Shown: piece by piece, positions 62,679-64,000 of the stretch
How positions within the stretch are numbered: the first letter of the stretch is position 1
Layout: each line of letters starts with the position of its first letter
IMG/VR virus record: IMGVR_UViG_3300021387_000334
Span: 9,028 to 73,027 of that record
DNA from: a virus
Lineage: Duplodnaviria > Caudoviricetes
DNA: 64,000 nt
Strand: one strand, 5' to 3'
Position numbers and translations under genes: made by a program
The notes under the pieces: model-generated
Databases searched by the model: none
What the model was told of the DNA's origin: nothing
Seen by the model: only the letters and a program-made list of their open reading frames with translations

Positions 62679-63895
62679 AAGAACTATCAATAGAAGAAAA
62701 AGCCCAAAAATATGATGAAGCTTTTAGAATTGCACAAGAATTGTATAATAACCCTAATTCAAGTAATATTGGAAAAGGGTATGTTTGTACTATCTTCCCA
62801 AAACTCAAAGAAAGTGAGGACGAGAAAATAAGGAAAGAACTTATAGAGCATTGTAAGAATCAAGCTAAACCATATATTCAAACAGGAAATAAATGTCCTC
62901 AAATTCAATCTTGGATTGCTTGGCTTGAAAAGCAAGGTCAACCTACGGATATTAATCCAAGTGAATTTGATTTACGACTCAACAGACTTTTAAAAGAGTT
63001 TGAATCCCTTCCAAAAGAAGAGCTTACAAGTAGTCTCAGTTTCTATCTCAATGCAGTTCAGAATAATGGAACTTATGTAGAAGAAAAACAAGATGAACAA
63101 AATCCTGCTACTGACAAGGTTGAGCCAAAGTTTCATGAAGGAGAATGGGTTATATTGACGGCAGGAGAATTGTCAACTACGCTTCAAATAGTCAAAGTTG
63201 ATACAAACAAAAGACTATATTGGTTCAATGATAGCAGCTATTTGCCTATCGTGGATGAAGAATGCTTGCAGCTTTGGACTATCCAAGATGCAAAGGATGG
63301 TGATGTGCTTGCCTTTTATAGTGAATATAGAGGCAATAAAATGGTACAGGTAGGGATAATTGAAAAATATGTGGGTAAACACGGCGGTTGTTCTAACACA
63401 TTTAAAATATACGTTGGTGTGAATTGGGATAACAATTTACAAATAGGTGAATATATGGGATGCTCTGATATACGACCTGCCACAAAAGAACAGCGTGATG
63501 CTCTGATGAAAGCAATGACCGATGCTGGATACACCTTTGACTTTGAGAAGAAAGAGCTGAAGAAGATTGAAAAGAAGCCGCAGTGTATTGTTTCAGTAGA
63601 AGCAAAGGAAGCAATGTATGACAAGACTGCTTGGAGCAAAGAAGATGAAAAGATGCTTGAATATGCTCTTGATATGATAGAATGGTATGGTGGTAAAAAT
63701 GCTGATAAATCAAGACTTGTTAGTGATTGGCTCAAATCCATCAGACCTCAAAAGCAGTGGAAGCCGAGTGAAGAAATGCTTGAAGCTTTGTATAGAGTAA
63801 TCCCTGAAAATGTGATGGAGAAATCAGAAGATGAAATTCTTTTGGATAAATTGTATCAAGGCTTGAAATATGGCAGAGTATTAAGTAAAAATTAA
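62675..63895 (+). CDS. Mosaic hypothetical phage protein
   Basis: EEKAQKYDEA, SEDEKIRKELI, IAWLEKQG, EPKFHEGEW, WTIQDAKDGDVL, WSKEDE, WKPSEE modules. Confidence 0.75.
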   Translation: MKELSIEEKAQKYDEAFRIAQELYNNPNSSNIGKGYVCTIFPKLKESEDEKIRKELIEHCKNQAKPYIQTGNKCPQIQSWIAWLEKQGQPTDINPSEFDLRLNRLLKEFESLPKEELTSSLSFYLNAVQNNGTYVEEKQDEQNPATDKVEPKFHEGEWVILTAGELSTTLQIVKVDTNKRLYWFNDSSYLPIVDEECLQLWTIQDAKDGDVLAFYSEYRGNKMVQVGIIEKYVGKHGGCSNTFKIYVGVNWDNNLQIGEYMGCSDIRPATKEQRDALMKAMTDAGYTFDFEKKELKKIEKKPQCIVSVEAKEAMYDKTAWSKEDEKMLEYALDMIEWYGGKNADKSRLVSDWLKSIRPQKQWKPSEEMLEALYRVIPENVMEKSEDEILLDKLYQGLKYGRVLSKN

Positions 63896-63913
63896 AAAAA
63901 ACAACTTTGAATT

Positions 63914-64000
63914 ATGACACAAGAGGATATAAAATTAATTTTGACAGACCTTTGTGGAAGAATACCATACCATCCAAAAGGTCTTGTGGTTAATGCTTGC
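63914..64000 (+). CDS. 5' end of hypothetical protein (truncated)
   Basis: MTQEDIKLILTDLCGRIPY... Confidence 0.55.
   Translation, partial: MTQEDIKLILTDLCGRIPYHPKGLVVNAC

Larger units (their letters stand above)
1..64000. mobile_element. Temperate Bacteroidales phage (podovirus-like), apparently in excised/attP form
   Basis: Portal, TerL, lysis, tail spike, ejection proteins, integrase, CI, RecT and replication genes; no host housekeeping genes; no tape measure or sheath seen. Confidence 0.93.

Noticed and set aside
1-64000. Complete DGR, retron or group II intron
   Set aside because: No reverse transcriptase (YxDD) ORF or TR/VR pair seen in the window
1-64000. Assignment to crAss-like (Crassvirales) phages
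   Set aside because: No virion RNA polymerase, DNA polymerase or primase in the window; an integrase/CI/RecT temperate layout instead

Overview
The whole window is phage DNA: most of a temperate, probably podovirus-like phage of a Bacteroidales (Prevotella/Bacteroides-type) host. Host inference rests on TAnnTTTG promoters, A-rich starts without Shine-Dalgarno sites, and gene families. Left to right: (1) a partial scaffold-like gene divergent from the portal; four paralogous ring/adaptor-like genes; holin and lysozyme; (2) a self-contained 7-gene cassette of unknown function (6.4-9.9 kb); (3) a tail spike whose distal part is low-GC and looks swapped in; (4) a 5396-aa polyvalent ejection protein (N6-methyltransferase, Strawberry-notch helicase, ART-like, zincin-like and LPD38-like regions); (5) a terminase operon with a rhomboid protease; (6) an early region of small ORFs, RadC and PcfK/PcfJ; (7) a tyrosine integrase with an apparently intact attP carrying a tRNA 3'-end core; (8) CI, cro-like and antirepressor genes; (9) a recombination/replication block. 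The major capsid gene probably lies beyond the left edge. The strongest unannotated signals are: five late promoters sharing TGTRAMRACACGG-N22-(T/G)AnnTTTG with invariant spacing; tRNA-like minihelices and an aberrant tRNA between genes; a 27-bp coding repeat array whose variable sites all include A; GYSE linkers delimiting domains of the giant protein; and the uncharacterised cassette. All family assignments come from motif recognition by eye; no searches were run.
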